The notes beneath the pieces are model-generated. The model was given only the letters and a program-made list of their open reading frames with translations, had not been told where the DNA came from and did not search any database. 64,000 nt of DNA, taken from NCBI GenBank assembly GCA_964500465.1, contig CAZCNB010000004.1, positions 1,160 through 65,159 on the forward strand, written 5' to 3'. The first letter of the stretch is position 1. Each line of letters opens with the position of its first letter. The DNA comes from an uncultured Candidatus Saccharibacteria bacterium (GTDB lineage: Bacteria; Patescibacteriota; Minisyncoccia; Phycocordibacterales; UBA9973). Below are positions 47,649 to 56,795 of the stretch, one piece after another. Position numbers and translations under genes: made by a program.

Positions 47649-48890
47649 ATGCCAATAAGTGACATAATATTGTATTGTGCTGTATTTGTATCTGTTTACG
47701 TACAGGTCTTTTTTTTGATGTCATTTTTTGAGAAAAAAAGTTTACTCGGTGCTTATAAACCACTTAAAGGCGATGAGGAGAATTTGCCATCTATAACGTT
47801 TCTTGTTCCTTGTTGGAATGAAGAATCTACTATTGATAATACAGTTAAGTCTCTAAAAGATCTATCTTATCCAAAAGATAAATTTTTTATCTATTTGATA
47901 GACGATGGTTCGAAAGATAATACTTGGAACGTTATGAAAAGGTATGAAAATGATCCTATGGTTAAAATATTTAAAAAAGAAAACGGCGGTAAGCATACAG
48001 CTCTTAATTTTGCATTACCGAGTGTTACTACTGATTTGGTTGCATCATTTGATGCTGATACAACTATAAATCAAGATGCTTTATATAAGATTATTCCTTA
48101 CTTTATAAAAAACCAAGATTTATCTGCTGTTGGAGGTAGTGTACTAATAAAATCTCCAAAAACAATAGCACAAAGAGCTCAAAGTATTGAATATCAAATG
48201 TTTTCATTTACTAAAAAGGTCTTAGGACTACTAGGAGGAGTTCTAGTTGTTCCTGGAGCTTTTTCTGTATTTAAACCTAAATCTTTGATGGAAGTTGGTG
48301 GATGGCATATGGGGCATAATCTAGAAGATCTTGAGCTTACTTATAGATTGCAAGTAAAGGGCTACAAAGTAGAACATTGTCATAGTGCTATTGCTTTCAC
48401 TACTGGACCTAAAACAATAAAGAAGTTGTTTAAACAAAGACTTCGATGGGGTTATGGATTTTTAAACAATACTTTCGACTATCGATTTGCTTTTTTAAAT
48501 AAAAAGTTCGGCAACTTCGGTATATTTACTTTACCTATGAGTTTAATGTCTTATGTTATCATAATGTCGGTTTTTGCTGTTAGTTGGTATCATATTATAT
48601 TGTTTCTTTATGACAAGTTTTTAGTATTAAGTTTAGTAGGTTTCGAAGGATTTAATTTTTCAACCTATAGTTGGTTTTATACTAATACTAAAGCCATAGT
48701 ATTTTTAACACTCATAACCTTCATATTCTTTATTGCCAATATTCTTCTTGGAAGAATGATATCTAATGTAAAAAGAAAGGGTATAGTAAACGTTGTTTAT
48801 TTCTTTGTTTTATACAGTCTAATTGTTCCATTCTGGGTTATTAAATCAGTATGGAATGCTATAAACCAAGCACGTCCAGCTTGGCGCTAA
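47649..48890 (+). CDS. Processive family 2 glycosyltransferase (PgaC/cellulose synthase-like)
   Basis: DDGS, DAD, ED and QRLRW motifs; N- and C-terminal TM segments; ATG at 47649. Confidence 0.9.
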   Translation: MPISDIILYCAVFVSVYVQVFFLMSFFEKKSLLGAYKPLKGDEENLPSITFLVPCWNEESTIDNTVKSLKDLSYPKDKFFIYLIDDGSKDNTWNVMKRYENDPMVKIFKKENGGKHTALNFALPSVTTDLVASFDADTTINQDALYKIIPYFIKNQDLSAVGGSVLIKSPKTIAQRAQSIEYQMFSFTKKVLGLLGGVLVVPGAFSVFKPKSLMEVGGWHMGHNLEDLELTYRLQVKGYKVEHCHSAIAFTTGPKTIKKLFKQRLRWGYGFLNNTFDYRFAFLNKKFGNFGIFTLPMSLMSYVIIMSVFAVSWYHIILFLYDKFLVLSLVGFEGFNFSTYSWFYTNTKAIVFLTLITFIFFIANILLGRMISNVKRKGIVNVVYFFVLYSLIVPFWVIKSVWNAINQARPAWR

Positions 48891-48895
48891 AATAT

Positions 48896-49633
48896 ATGAA
48901 ATTCTGGAAAAGATATGTATTTACTTTAATAATCACAATTGCGCTATTTATGATAGCCTTTTATCTCAGTAGTAAGCTTGCTCAAAAAAAGATAGATGAG
49001 GTAAGAGTTATACAAGATAAGATATCTACTGATATATTATCTACTGAGACTCGTTTTATGTTGCTAGGATCTTCTTCCTGTAAGCACTTTGAAGCTAATG
49101 AAAGCTTCGAGTTTGATTTAAATAATGAACTCTCCGATATGGCTCGCAGAGTTAAATTCATGGAAAATCAGCTTGGCTCAGATGACGCCCAGGTTACTAT
49201 GATAAAAAATCAGTACGTGTTATTACAAATAAAAGATTATATTTTAAGAAAAGAATTGGCTTCAAGATGTGGTACTAAAACTGCCATGCTACTTTATTTC
49301 CATGATACTGACTGCAAAGATTGTAAGGAACAATCTATTGTTTTAGATGAAATACATGATCGTTACCCAGATTTGAGAATATACTGGTTTGATAATAGTA
49401 GTGATACGCCTGCATTAAAAGCACTCCAGTCAATGTTTAGTGTTAAATCTTTCCCTATGATAGTTATAAACGAAAAGGAGTATCCAGGATTTCAGTCCCT
49501 TGAAAGTATGACTTCAATATTTGATAAGATTTTTAAGAAGAAGCTTGATGCGAATAAAAAAGATTCTTCTATTAAAGACACTACAAATAGTACTACTGAT
49601 TTAAATTCTAAAGAAAAATCCCTAACGCAATAA
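48896..49633 (+). CDS. Membrane-anchored hypothetical protein with C-terminal thioredoxin-like CxxC domain
   Basis: TM segment, helical region, 'LYFHDTDCKDC', 'FSVKSFPMIVIN'. Confidence 0.7.
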   Translation: MKFWKRYVFTLIITIALFMIAFYLSSKLAQKKIDEVRVIQDKISTDILSTETRFMLLGSSSCKHFEANESFEFDLNNELSDMARRVKFMENQLGSDDAQVTMIKNQYVLLQIKDYILRKELASRCGTKTAMLLYFHDTDCKDCKEQSIVLDEIHDRYPDLRIYWFDNSSDTPALKALQSMFSVKSFPMIVINEKEYPGFQSLESMTSIFDKIFKKKLDANKKDSSIKDTTNSTTDLNSKEKSLTQ

Positions 49634-49651
49634 AGTTAGGAATTTTTCTTT
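49610..49651. terminator. Bidirectional terminator-like hairpin between the CxxC gene and tRNA-Thr
   Basis: AAAGAAAAAT-c-CCTAAC-N8-GTTAGG-a-ATTTTTCTTT. Confidence 0.65.
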
Positions 49652-49657
49652 CTATTG

Positions 49658-49730
49658 AGCCGCTTCTCAGACTCGAACTGAGGACCTTCGCTTTACAAAA
49701 GCGTTGCTCTACCAACTGAGCTAAAGCGGC
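49658..49730 (-). tRNA. tRNA-Thr(UGU), CCA not encoded
   Basis: Reverse complement folds as GCCGCTT-TA-GCTC-AGTTGGTA-GAGC-A-ACGCT-TTTGTAA-AGCGA-AGGTC-CTCAG-TTCGAGT-CTGAG-AAGCGGC-T. Confidence 0.96.
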
Positions 49731-49735
49731 GTATT

Positions 49736-50137
49736 TTATTCGTGTTCTCTTTTGACCTTCTCCTTTATCCTCTTGATCTTGGCTTTTGATTCCAAGATAG
49801 CTTTTTCTAAGAATGAAGGTTTGGAAGGTTCAAGTAATACCGATTCTTTCTTTTCAAAATAACTATGTATCTTTGGCCATTTTTCAGATACCCATTTTTT
49901 TGTTTTCGTTATGAAAATATACCAGTATTTTACACATGTAAGGATAAGTCCTTGTATAACATGCTTGGTCAAATATAGCATACTTTTTTCAACATGTCTA
50001 AAAGATATGTTGGGTAAAACTCCATCCTTGTTGTTTGGCATGCTTACCCTTGCTGTTCTTATTTCCCAAGCTCTAAAGGTAAGCATTCCAAATGCAAGGA
50101 TAATTGATATGAAGAATATAATAATTATGATAGACAT
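49736..50137 (-). CDS. Hypothetical membrane protein
   Basis: Hydrophobic N-terminus MSIIIIIFF; start lies immediately after the tsf stop. Confidence 0.65.
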   Translation of the reverse strand: MSIIIIIFFISIILAFGMLTFRAWEIRTARVSMPNNKDGVLPNISFRHVEKSMLYLTKHVIQGLILTCVKYWYIFITKTKKWVSEKWPKIHSYFEKKESVLLEPSKPSFLEKAILESKAKIKRIKEKVKREHE

Positions 50138-50138
50138 T

Positions 50139-50921
50139 TTATCCAATAGATACTCGTATAAAGCGTACCAAACTTGCCCCATTGTCTGCAAGTAATTTAC
50201 CAACAGTCAAATCAGGATTTTTTATGAAAGATTGATCCATGAGAGTTTGTTCTTTGAAGTATGTAGATATCTTTCCTTCAAGCATCTTTTTCTTTATTTC
50301 TTCTGGCTTATCAGATTCTGCTACTTCTTTTTCAAAAACTTCAACTACTTTTTGTCTATCTTCCTCTGTAACATCATCTGCTTTGGTAAATGCTGGTTTC
50401 ATAGCTGCTATGTGCATAGCTATATCTTTTGCAAGTAGAGGTGTGCCACCTGAAAGTGATACTACTGTTGCACTTTTACCTGCATGTATATAGTTTCCAA
50501 GGACAGCCCCTTCAATTTCTTCAACTTGCCCAAGTTCTATTTTTTCTCCGACTTTTTGTATAACCTCATTTATCATGTCTCCAGATTTAGTTTTCATAGC
50601 TTCAGTTCCTTCATTTATTGCTATGTCAGCTAGATTATTTGCTAGCTTTGTGAAGTCTTCGTTTTTGGCTACAAAATCTGTTTCAGAATGAAGAGTTAGA
50701 ACAAGAACTTTACCATTTCCTTCGCGTACTACTACAACCCCGTCATGGGTTTCGCGGTCAGCTTTTTTCATTGCTATCGTACTTGATTTCTTCTTTAAGA
50801 TTATCAATGCTTTTTCCATGTCACCGTCTGCTTCTTCTAGAGCAGCTCGGCATTGCATAACAGATACGCCAGTACCTTCTCTTAATTCTTTTACTAATTC
50901 CGCAGTTATTTTTGTAGACAT
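50139..50921 (-). CDS. tsf: Elongation factor Ts
   Basis: 'VKELREGTG..VMQCR.AL', 'SETDFVAKN', 'IAMHIAAMKP'; follows rpsB. Confidence 0.96.
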   Translation of the reverse strand: MSTKITAELVKELREGTGVSVMQCRAALEEADGDMEKALIILKKKSSTIAMKKADRETHDGVVVVREGNGKVLVLTLHSETDFVAKNEDFTKLANNLADIAINEGTEAMKTKSGDMINEVIQKVGEKIELGQVEEIEGAVLGNYIHAGKSATVVSLSGGTPLLAKDIAMHIAAMKPAFTKADDVTEEDRQKVVEVFEKEVAESDKPEEIKKKMLEGKISTYFKEQTLMDQSFIKNPDLTVGKLLADNGASLVRFIRVSIG

Positions 50922-50969
50922 AATTAAATTTTTTACTTAGGAAATAGCCTAAGTCTAGTTATATGATAA

Positions 50970-51674
50970 TTATTTTTTTTGAGTTTCTCCTTTTCCTCCA
51001 CTTATGTAAGCATTTTTTACTTCGCCCAATATAAAACTAATACTAGATACTGAAGCATCATTCGCAACAATAGGGAAGTTAACCTTTTTCAGATTACAAT
51101 CTGTATTTAATACCCCAATTATAGGCAAGTCCATTTTACGAGCTTCTGTACAAGCAATGTGCTCTTTTTTAGGATCTATTACGAATACTGCATCTGGAGT
51201 TTTATTTACACCAGTTAAACCTTGGAAGTTTTTAGTCATATCTTCCATCTCTCTATCAATTAAAAGTCTTTCTTTTTTTGTATATTTATCAAAACCACCT
51301 TTTTCTTTTTCAGCACGTAGATCTAGTAATTTTGCTATCCTTTTCTTTATTTCAGGGAAATTAGTAAGAGAACCACCAACCCATCTTTCGCTCACATAAG
51401 GCATTCCTAATGATAGTGCTAGTTCTGTAATTTGTTGACGAGCTTCAGGTTTTGTTCCGACAAACAGGATTGTTTTTCCACTAGCAGCCATTTTTTTAAC
51501 TTCTTCCAATGCATTTTCAAGAAGTTCGTATGACTTTTCAATATTTATAATATCAACGCCATTTTTTGTTGCAAAAATGTATGCACTTGTTGATGGGTGA
51601 CGACGACTCTTTGAATAGCCGTAGTGGGCACCTGCTTGAAACATTTTTTCCACTAATGTATTTTGTGTACTCAT
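50970..51674 (-). CDS. rpsB: 30S ribosomal protein S2
   Basis: 'AGAHYG', 'LFVGTK', 'RWVGGSLTN', 'ANDAS'. Confidence 0.96.
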   Translation of the reverse strand: MSTQNTLVEKMFQAGAHYGYSKSRRHPSTSAYIFATKNGVDIINIEKSYELLENALEEVKKMAASGKTILFVGTKPEARQQITELALSLGMPYVSERWVGGSLTNFPEIKKRIAKLLDLRAEKEKGGFDKYTKKERLLIDREMEDMTKNFQGLTGVNKTPDAVFVIDPKKEHIACTEARKMDLPIIGVLNTDCNLKKVNFPIVANDASVSSISFILGEVKNAYISGGKGETQKK

Positions 51675-51787
51675 ATTTGTATCCCTAAAATTTAGGGTTA
51701 ATTAATTTATAAACGTCCGTTTTTAAGCATCTCAGCTTGTTTACAAGGTGGCTTCATATAAAAAAGCTCCTCACGGAACGTTGGTTC

Positions 51788-51816
51788 ATAATATCAGAAA
51801 AACCATTATTTAGCAA
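51788..51816 (-). promoter_or_regulatory. rpsB promoter TTGCTA-17-TATTAT
   Basis: Minus strand reads TTGCTA aataatggtttttctga TATTAT; implies a leader of about 108 nt. Confidence 0.55.
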
Positions 51817-51825
51817 CCCCTCTTT

Positions 51826-51854
51826 TTGACCACAACGCTATTTTAAGGTAGTAT
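51826..51854 (+). promoter_or_regulatory. proS promoter TTGACC-17-TAGTAT, 7 nt before ATG
   Basis: Direct motif reading. Confidence 0.55.
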
Positions 51855-51861
51855 TGTCTGT

Positions 51862-53118
51862 ATGAAGCAAACACAACTATTTACAAAAACCAAGAAAGAA
51901 TCTCCAAGTGATGAAGTATCTTTAAATGCTGAACTTTTAATAAAGGCAGGCTTTATAAACAAGGAAATGGCTGGTGTTTATGACTATCTACCACTAGGTT
52001 TGCGTGTACTTAAAAAAATAGAGCAAATTATACGGGAAGAAATGGATAGAATAGGAGGTATTGAAATGAGAACTTCTGTTATACAAAACAAAGAAGTCTG
52101 GGAAAAATCTAATCGTTGGAGTGATGATGCGGTAGACAACTGGTTTAAGACTACCCTTAAAAGTGGTGGTGAAGTAGGATTATCTTTTACTAATGAAGAA
52201 GCTTACTCGAATTTACTAAAGCAGTATATAAATTCATACAAAGATTTACCTATCTATCCATACGATTTTAAAAATATTTTTAGAAACGAAATCCGTGCTA
52301 AAAGTGGAATAATGCGGGGTAGGGAATTTTATTGGAAAGCACTATATTCTTTTTCAAAGGACGAAACTGAGCACAATGAGTTTTATGAAAAAGCAAAAGA
52401 AGCTTATAAAAATATTTTCAAGAGAGTTGGTATTAGCCATTTGACTTATATGACTTTTGCCTCAGGAGGTACTTTCTCTAAATTTTCTCATGAATTTCAA
52501 ACTATTACAGGTGCAGGAGAAGATACAATATACATTGATGAGAATAAAGGTATTTCTATCAATAAAGAAGTTTATACAGATGAAGTATTAGAGTCATTAG
52601 GTGTTTCAAAAGATCAATTTGTTGAACACAAAGCAGTTGAAGTTGGTAACATTTTTTCTTTAGGTACTAAGTTTTCATCCCCGTTTGATTTATCTTATAC
52701 AGATGAAAAAGGGGAGCGTAAATTAGCAGTAATGGGTTCTTATGGTATAGGTCTTGGTCGCTTAATGGGGACAGTTGTTGAAGTACTTTCTGATGGTAAA
52801 GGCATAGTTTGGCCTGCTTCTATAGCTCCTTTTAATACTCATTTATTAGTATTAGGTAACGAGGAAAGTATTATAAAAGAAGCAAATGATATATATAAGT
52901 ATTTATTAGACAACAATATCGAAGTTTTGTTTGATGATCGTATTGATATAAGTGCTGGAGAAAAATTTGCTGATTCAGATTTGATTGGTATACCTTACCG
53001 TATTGTAGTTTCCAAACGTAGTATATCTGAAGGAGGTGTTGAGGTAAAAAAGAGAACAGAAGAGAATGGAAAAATTGTTTCTAAAGAACAACTCTTAAAT
53101 GAATTAAAAAATGTTTAA
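51862..53118 (+). CDS. proS: Proline--tRNA ligase, short form lacking the editing insertion
   Basis: 'GVYDYLPLG', 'FRNEIR..GIMRGREF', 'EVGNIF.LGTK', 'MGSYGIG..R', anticodon-binding domain. Confidence 0.92.
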   Translation: MKQTQLFTKTKKESPSDEVSLNAELLIKAGFINKEMAGVYDYLPLGLRVLKKIEQIIREEMDRIGGIEMRTSVIQNKEVWEKSNRWSDDAVDNWFKTTLKSGGEVGLSFTNEEAYSNLLKQYINSYKDLPIYPYDFKNIFRNEIRAKSGIMRGREFYWKALYSFSKDETEHNEFYEKAKEAYKNIFKRVGISHLTYMTFASGGTFSKFSHEFQTITGAGEDTIYIDENKGISINKEVYTDEVLESLGVSKDQFVEHKAVEVGNIFSLGTKFSSPFDLSYTDEKGERKLAVMGSYGIGLGRLMGTVVEVLSDGKGIVWPASIAPFNTHLLVLGNEESIIKEANDIYKYLLDNNIEVLFDDRIDISAGEKFADSDLIGIPYRIVVSKRSISEGGVEVKKRTEENGKIVSKEQLLNELKNV

Positions 53119-54157
53119 AAATTTATACAAAATGTTTTCTAATGATATTGGGATTGATCTGGGTACTGCAAATACCCTAGTATATTTGAAAGGTCACGGT
53201 ATTGTTATAAATGAACCTTCTGTTGTTGTTGTTAACCAAAAAACTGGTCAGATTGTTGCGGTAGGTGCGGAAGCAAAACAGATGCTAGGTAGAACTCCAG
53301 GACACATAAAAGCTGTCAGGCCTGTAGTTGATGGCGTGATTTCTGACTTTGAAGTTACTGAAGAGATGCTTTCTTATTTGATAAGTAAAGCTGAGAAAAT
53401 GTCTAAAAAGTTTATCAGACCCCGTGTTTTAGTAGGAGTTCCAACTGGAATTACTAACGTAGAAATTAGGGCTGTTGAAGATGCTGCTCGTTCTGCGGGA
53501 GCTCGAGAAGTTTATATTGTAGAAGAACCTATGGCTGCTGCTGTAGGTATTCGCCTCCCTGTAAAAGACGCTGTTGGATCTGTTATCGTTGATATAGGAG
53601 GAGGAACTACTGATATTGCTGTAATATCTCTCTCTGGTGTAGTTAGATCAAAAAATTTGAAAATAGCAGGAGATCTGTTGAATTCCAATATTGTTAACTA
53701 TATGAAGGATGAATTCAAGCTTTTAATAGGAGAGAAAACTGCAGAAAATGTAAAAATTGCAATTGGTACAGCAATTGAAACTGAATCTATGGAAGCAGAA
53801 GTTAGAGGCAGGGATTTAGTTACTGGTTTGCCAAGACAAGTTATTATCACAGATGCTGATGTCCGTGAGGCTATAATGCCTTCTATTTTGAGCCTGGTAG
53901 ATGGAATAAAAGAAGTATTAGAAACAACTCCACCTGAATTACTATCTGATATTATGCACCGGGGGTTAGTTCTATCGGGGGGAGGTGCACTACTTAAAGG
54001 ACTAGATATTCTTTTAAAGAATGCTCTTAAAATACCAATTTATATTGCTGAAGATCCATTAACTGCTGTTGCAAGAGGAACAGGTATAATTCTAGATGAT
54101 TTTGAGAATTTCCAAGAAGTTTTAGTAAACACAGATGATACATCCACTCCGCGATAA
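53111..54157 (+). CDS. mreB: Rod shape-determining protein MreB
   Basis: 'GIDLGTANT', 'EEPMAAA', 'DIGGGTT', 'GGGALL'. Confidence 0.96.
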   Translation: MFKNLYKMFSNDIGIDLGTANTLVYLKGHGIVINEPSVVVVNQKTGQIVAVGAEAKQMLGRTPGHIKAVRPVVDGVISDFEVTEEMLSYLISKAEKMSKKFIRPRVLVGVPTGITNVEIRAVEDAARSAGAREVYIVEEPMAAAVGIRLPVKDAVGSVIVDIGGGTTDIAVISLSGVVRSKNLKIAGDLLNSNIVNYMKDEFKLLIGEKTAENVKIAIGTAIETESMEAEVRGRDLVTGLPRQVIITDADVREAIMPSILSLVDGIKEVLETTPPELLSDIMHRGLVLSGGGALLKGLDILLKNALKIPIYIAEDPLTAVARGTGIILDDFENFQEVLVNTDDTSTPR

Positions 54158-54932
54158 AAAAAGAATTCACAAGAAAAAAATAATAATTCGCAATATAATT
54201 ATTGTTGGTTTTTTGTTTGTAATATTTATATCAGGTATTACGGGTTTTATTGGAAAAATTTTTATATTTTTAGGCAATCCTTTATGGAGAGCTGAAAATA
54301 CTGTTGTTAGTGGTATTAATAACATGACTTATTTGGCTAGAACAAAGTCTTCAGTATTTAAAGAAAATGAATCTCTTAAAAAAGAAAATACTGATCTTAA
54401 GCTATCAATGACTGATTATGAATCGCTAAAAAAGGAGAACGATTCGCTAAAAGAATTATTGGGTAGATTACCTCAAAAACAAGATTTTATACTTGCTAAT
54501 ATTTTATCTAAACCAAATCGTTCCCCTTATGATACTTTAGTTATTGATGTAGGTAGAGAATCAGGTGTTGTAGAAGGAGAAAAGGTTTTTGCTAACGGTA
54601 GTATTCCTATAGGGGAGGTGGATAAAGTTTATGCCACAGATTCACTTGTTGTTCTGTACTCTAGTCCTGGACAAACTACTGAAGCGATGATAGATGGTTC
54701 AAATGCAAGCGTGGAACTCATTGGTCGTGGAGGTAGTAACTTTGAAATGACTGTTCCGAATGAATTAGCAACTGACAATGGGATGATGGTAATCCTGCCT
54801 AGTTCTAATTCTGAGATACTAGCAGTAATTGATGGAATTATTTCTCGTCCAACCGATCCTATAAAAAAGGTAATTCTACATTCCCCTGTAAATATTCAAA
54901 GCTTAAAATGGGTACAGCTCAAAAGGAATTAA
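54135..54932 (+). CDS. mreC: Rod shape-determining protein MreC
   Basis: TM segment, coiled coil 'LKKEN..LKELL', 'IDVG...GV..G'; follows mreB. Confidence 0.88.
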   Translation: MIHPLRDKKRIHKKKIIIRNIIIVGFLFVIFISGITGFIGKIFIFLGNPLWRAENTVVSGINNMTYLARTKSSVFKENESLKKENTDLKLSMTDYESLKKENDSLKELLGRLPQKQDFILANILSKPNRSPYDTLVIDVGRESGVVEGEKVFANGSIPIGEVDKVYATDSLVVLYSSPGQTTEAMIDGSNASVELIGRGGSNFEMTVPNELATDNGMMVILPSSNSEILAVIDGIISRPTDPIKKVILHSPVNIQSLKWVQLKRN

Positions 54933-54938
54933 AATTCT

Positions 54939-56144
54939 ATGGGTCATTTTGATTTTAAAATCAATAAAAGAATAGAAGGTTCACTTGGTCGTGCAGGTGT
55001 TTTAGATACTCCACATGGACAAATTAAAACCCCTGCTTTTGTAACAGTAGGGACAAAGGGAAGTGTAAAATCATTAACCCCAGAACAAGTGCTAGATAGT
55101 AAATCACAAGTAATTCTTGCCAATACTTATCATCTTTATTTACAACCAGGTGACGAAATTGTTCGTGATGCAGGAGGTTTACATAGATTCATGAATTGGC
55201 ATGGCCCAATTATGACTGATTCTGGTGGTTTCCAAGTTTTCTCTCTTGGAGTTGCTTACGGTAAGGAGATATCCAAGGTTACAACAATAACAGATCCTAA
55301 TTTTTTAATTCCAGAGAGGTCAATCGATAGCGTTGTTCCACTTGCAAAGATTAGTAATGATGGTGTTTCTTTTAAGTCTCATTTAGATGGATCACTTCAC
55401 TATATTACTCCTGAAAAATCAATCGAAATTCAGCATAATCTTGGAGCAGATATTATTTTTGCTTTTGATGAATGTACTTCTCCAAACGAAAATGAAAAGT
55501 ATCAAGATGAAGCTTTATCTCGAACTCATGCTTGGGCAAAAAGAAGTTTAGAGTACCATAAATCAAAAAATACAAACCAAGCCCTTTTTGGTATTGTTCA
55601 AGGAGGTAGGTCAGAAAAACTCAGGAAACAATCTGCGGAAGTTATAGGATCTATGGATTTTGACGGCTTCGGTATTGGTGGAAGTTTTGCTAAGGAAGAT
55701 ATGTCTACAGCAGTGAAATGGGTGAATGAAATCTTGCCTGAAAATAAACCACGTCACTTACTTGGAATAGGTGAGCCAGAAGATTTATTTATGGGCGTAG
55801 AAAATGGTGTGGACCTGTTTGATTGTGTTGGACCCACAAGAATTGCTCGCAATGGGACTGTTTTTACACAAAATGGAAAAATAAATTTGTTTAACGCAAA
55901 ATTTGTTAATCAATTTGAACCAATAGAACAACATTGCAAATGCTATGCTTGCTCTAATTATACTCTTGCTTACCTATCCCATCTTTTTCGCGCAAAAGAA
56001 ATGGAAGCGGCAACACTCGCTTCAATTCACAATATTTATTTTATAACTAATCTTGTAGAACAAATGCGCGAAGCAATTTTGAAAGATACATTTTTTCAAT
56101 TTAAAAAAGATTTTTTGAATAAATACATCAACGATCAATTGTAA
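54939..56144 (+). CDS. tgt: tRNA-guanine transglycosylase
   Basis: 'ANTYHL', 'TDSGGFQVFSL', 'GIVQGG', 'DLFDCV', Zn site CxCxxC...H. Confidence 0.95.
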   Translation: MGHFDFKINKRIEGSLGRAGVLDTPHGQIKTPAFVTVGTKGSVKSLTPEQVLDSKSQVILANTYHLYLQPGDEIVRDAGGLHRFMNWHGPIMTDSGGFQVFSLGVAYGKEISKVTTITDPNFLIPERSIDSVVPLAKISNDGVSFKSHLDGSLHYITPEKSIEIQHNLGADIIFAFDECTSPNENEKYQDEALSRTHAWAKRSLEYHKSKNTNQALFGIVQGGRSEKLRKQSAEVIGSMDFDGFGIGGSFAKEDMSTAVKWVNEILPENKPRHLLGIGEPEDLFMGVENGVDLFDCVGPTRIARNGTVFTQNGKINLFNAKFVNQFEPIEQHCKCYACSNYTLAYLSHLFRAKEMEAATLASIHNIYFITNLVEQMREAILKDTFFQFKKDFLNKYINDQL

Positions 56145-56721
56145 CAACAAGTGTATCAAATCTCGTCCTAACTTCTTGCATATTAGTTACATTAAATTTT
56201 TTTAGTATTATAGCCCAATCTTGCTTGTATAAAAGTCTTCGATATATCAAATCATTAAAAAAATTATTATTGTAATCGCTTTTCAAAGGCACGGCAAATA
56301 TAATCTTAGGCATTAGTTTTATCTGTTCTTCCAATATTCTTTCTATCTCTTCATTTTCGAAATGTTCTAATACACCAAGGTGTATCCCAATATCATAAAA
56401 ATCCTTTTCTATATATTTTGTAAGGTTAAAAAAATCTCCCTCAATTGTATTTAGATGTACACCCAAGTTATTAGCAGTTTCTAGACTTGCTTCAAGTAGT
56501 TTTTTGTTTATTTCAAACGCAGTACTATCAACCCCTCTTTGTGCGAGTAAAAGTGAATCACGAGCAAGACCGCTACCTATCTCTATAATTCGCTTTGGTT
56601 TGTAAGAAATTATTATATCTATAAATGGCTTGGTTTCTAAGTAAAACCTATCAAAATCTTCTCTGTTAAATGAAATTTTACCCAGTTTGTTTTTATAATG
56701 CTTTATCCAATCTATTTCCAT
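56128..56721 (-). CDS. Class I SAM-dependent methyltransferase
   Basis: 'IIEIGSGLA', 'GDFF', 'GVLEHF'. Confidence 0.85.
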   Translation of the reverse strand: MEIDWIKHYKNKLGKISFNREDFDRFYLETKPFIDIIISYKPKRIIEIGSGLARDSLLLAQRGVDSTAFEINKKLLEASLETANNLGVHLNTIEGDFFNLTKYIEKDFYDIGIHLGVLEHFENEEIERILEEQIKLMPKIIFAVPLKSDYNNNFFNDLIYRRLLYKQDWAIILKKFNVTNMQEVRTRFDTLVVTIDR

Positions 56722-56795
56722 TTAACAATTGTAGCAAAAATTTTACTTAGCTACACTTTTTTTATTTTCAAAAATAAGTTAATCTTGAAGTATTA

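Noticed and set aside
49658-49730. tRNA-Thr as an integration site
   Set aside because: No duplicated tRNA 3' end or integrase was noticed nearby.
50935-50954. Hairpin ACTTAGG-N6-CCTAAGT between rpsB and tsf as a terminator
   Set aside because: On the coding (minus) strand it is followed by an A-tract rather than a U-tract, and the stem is weak.
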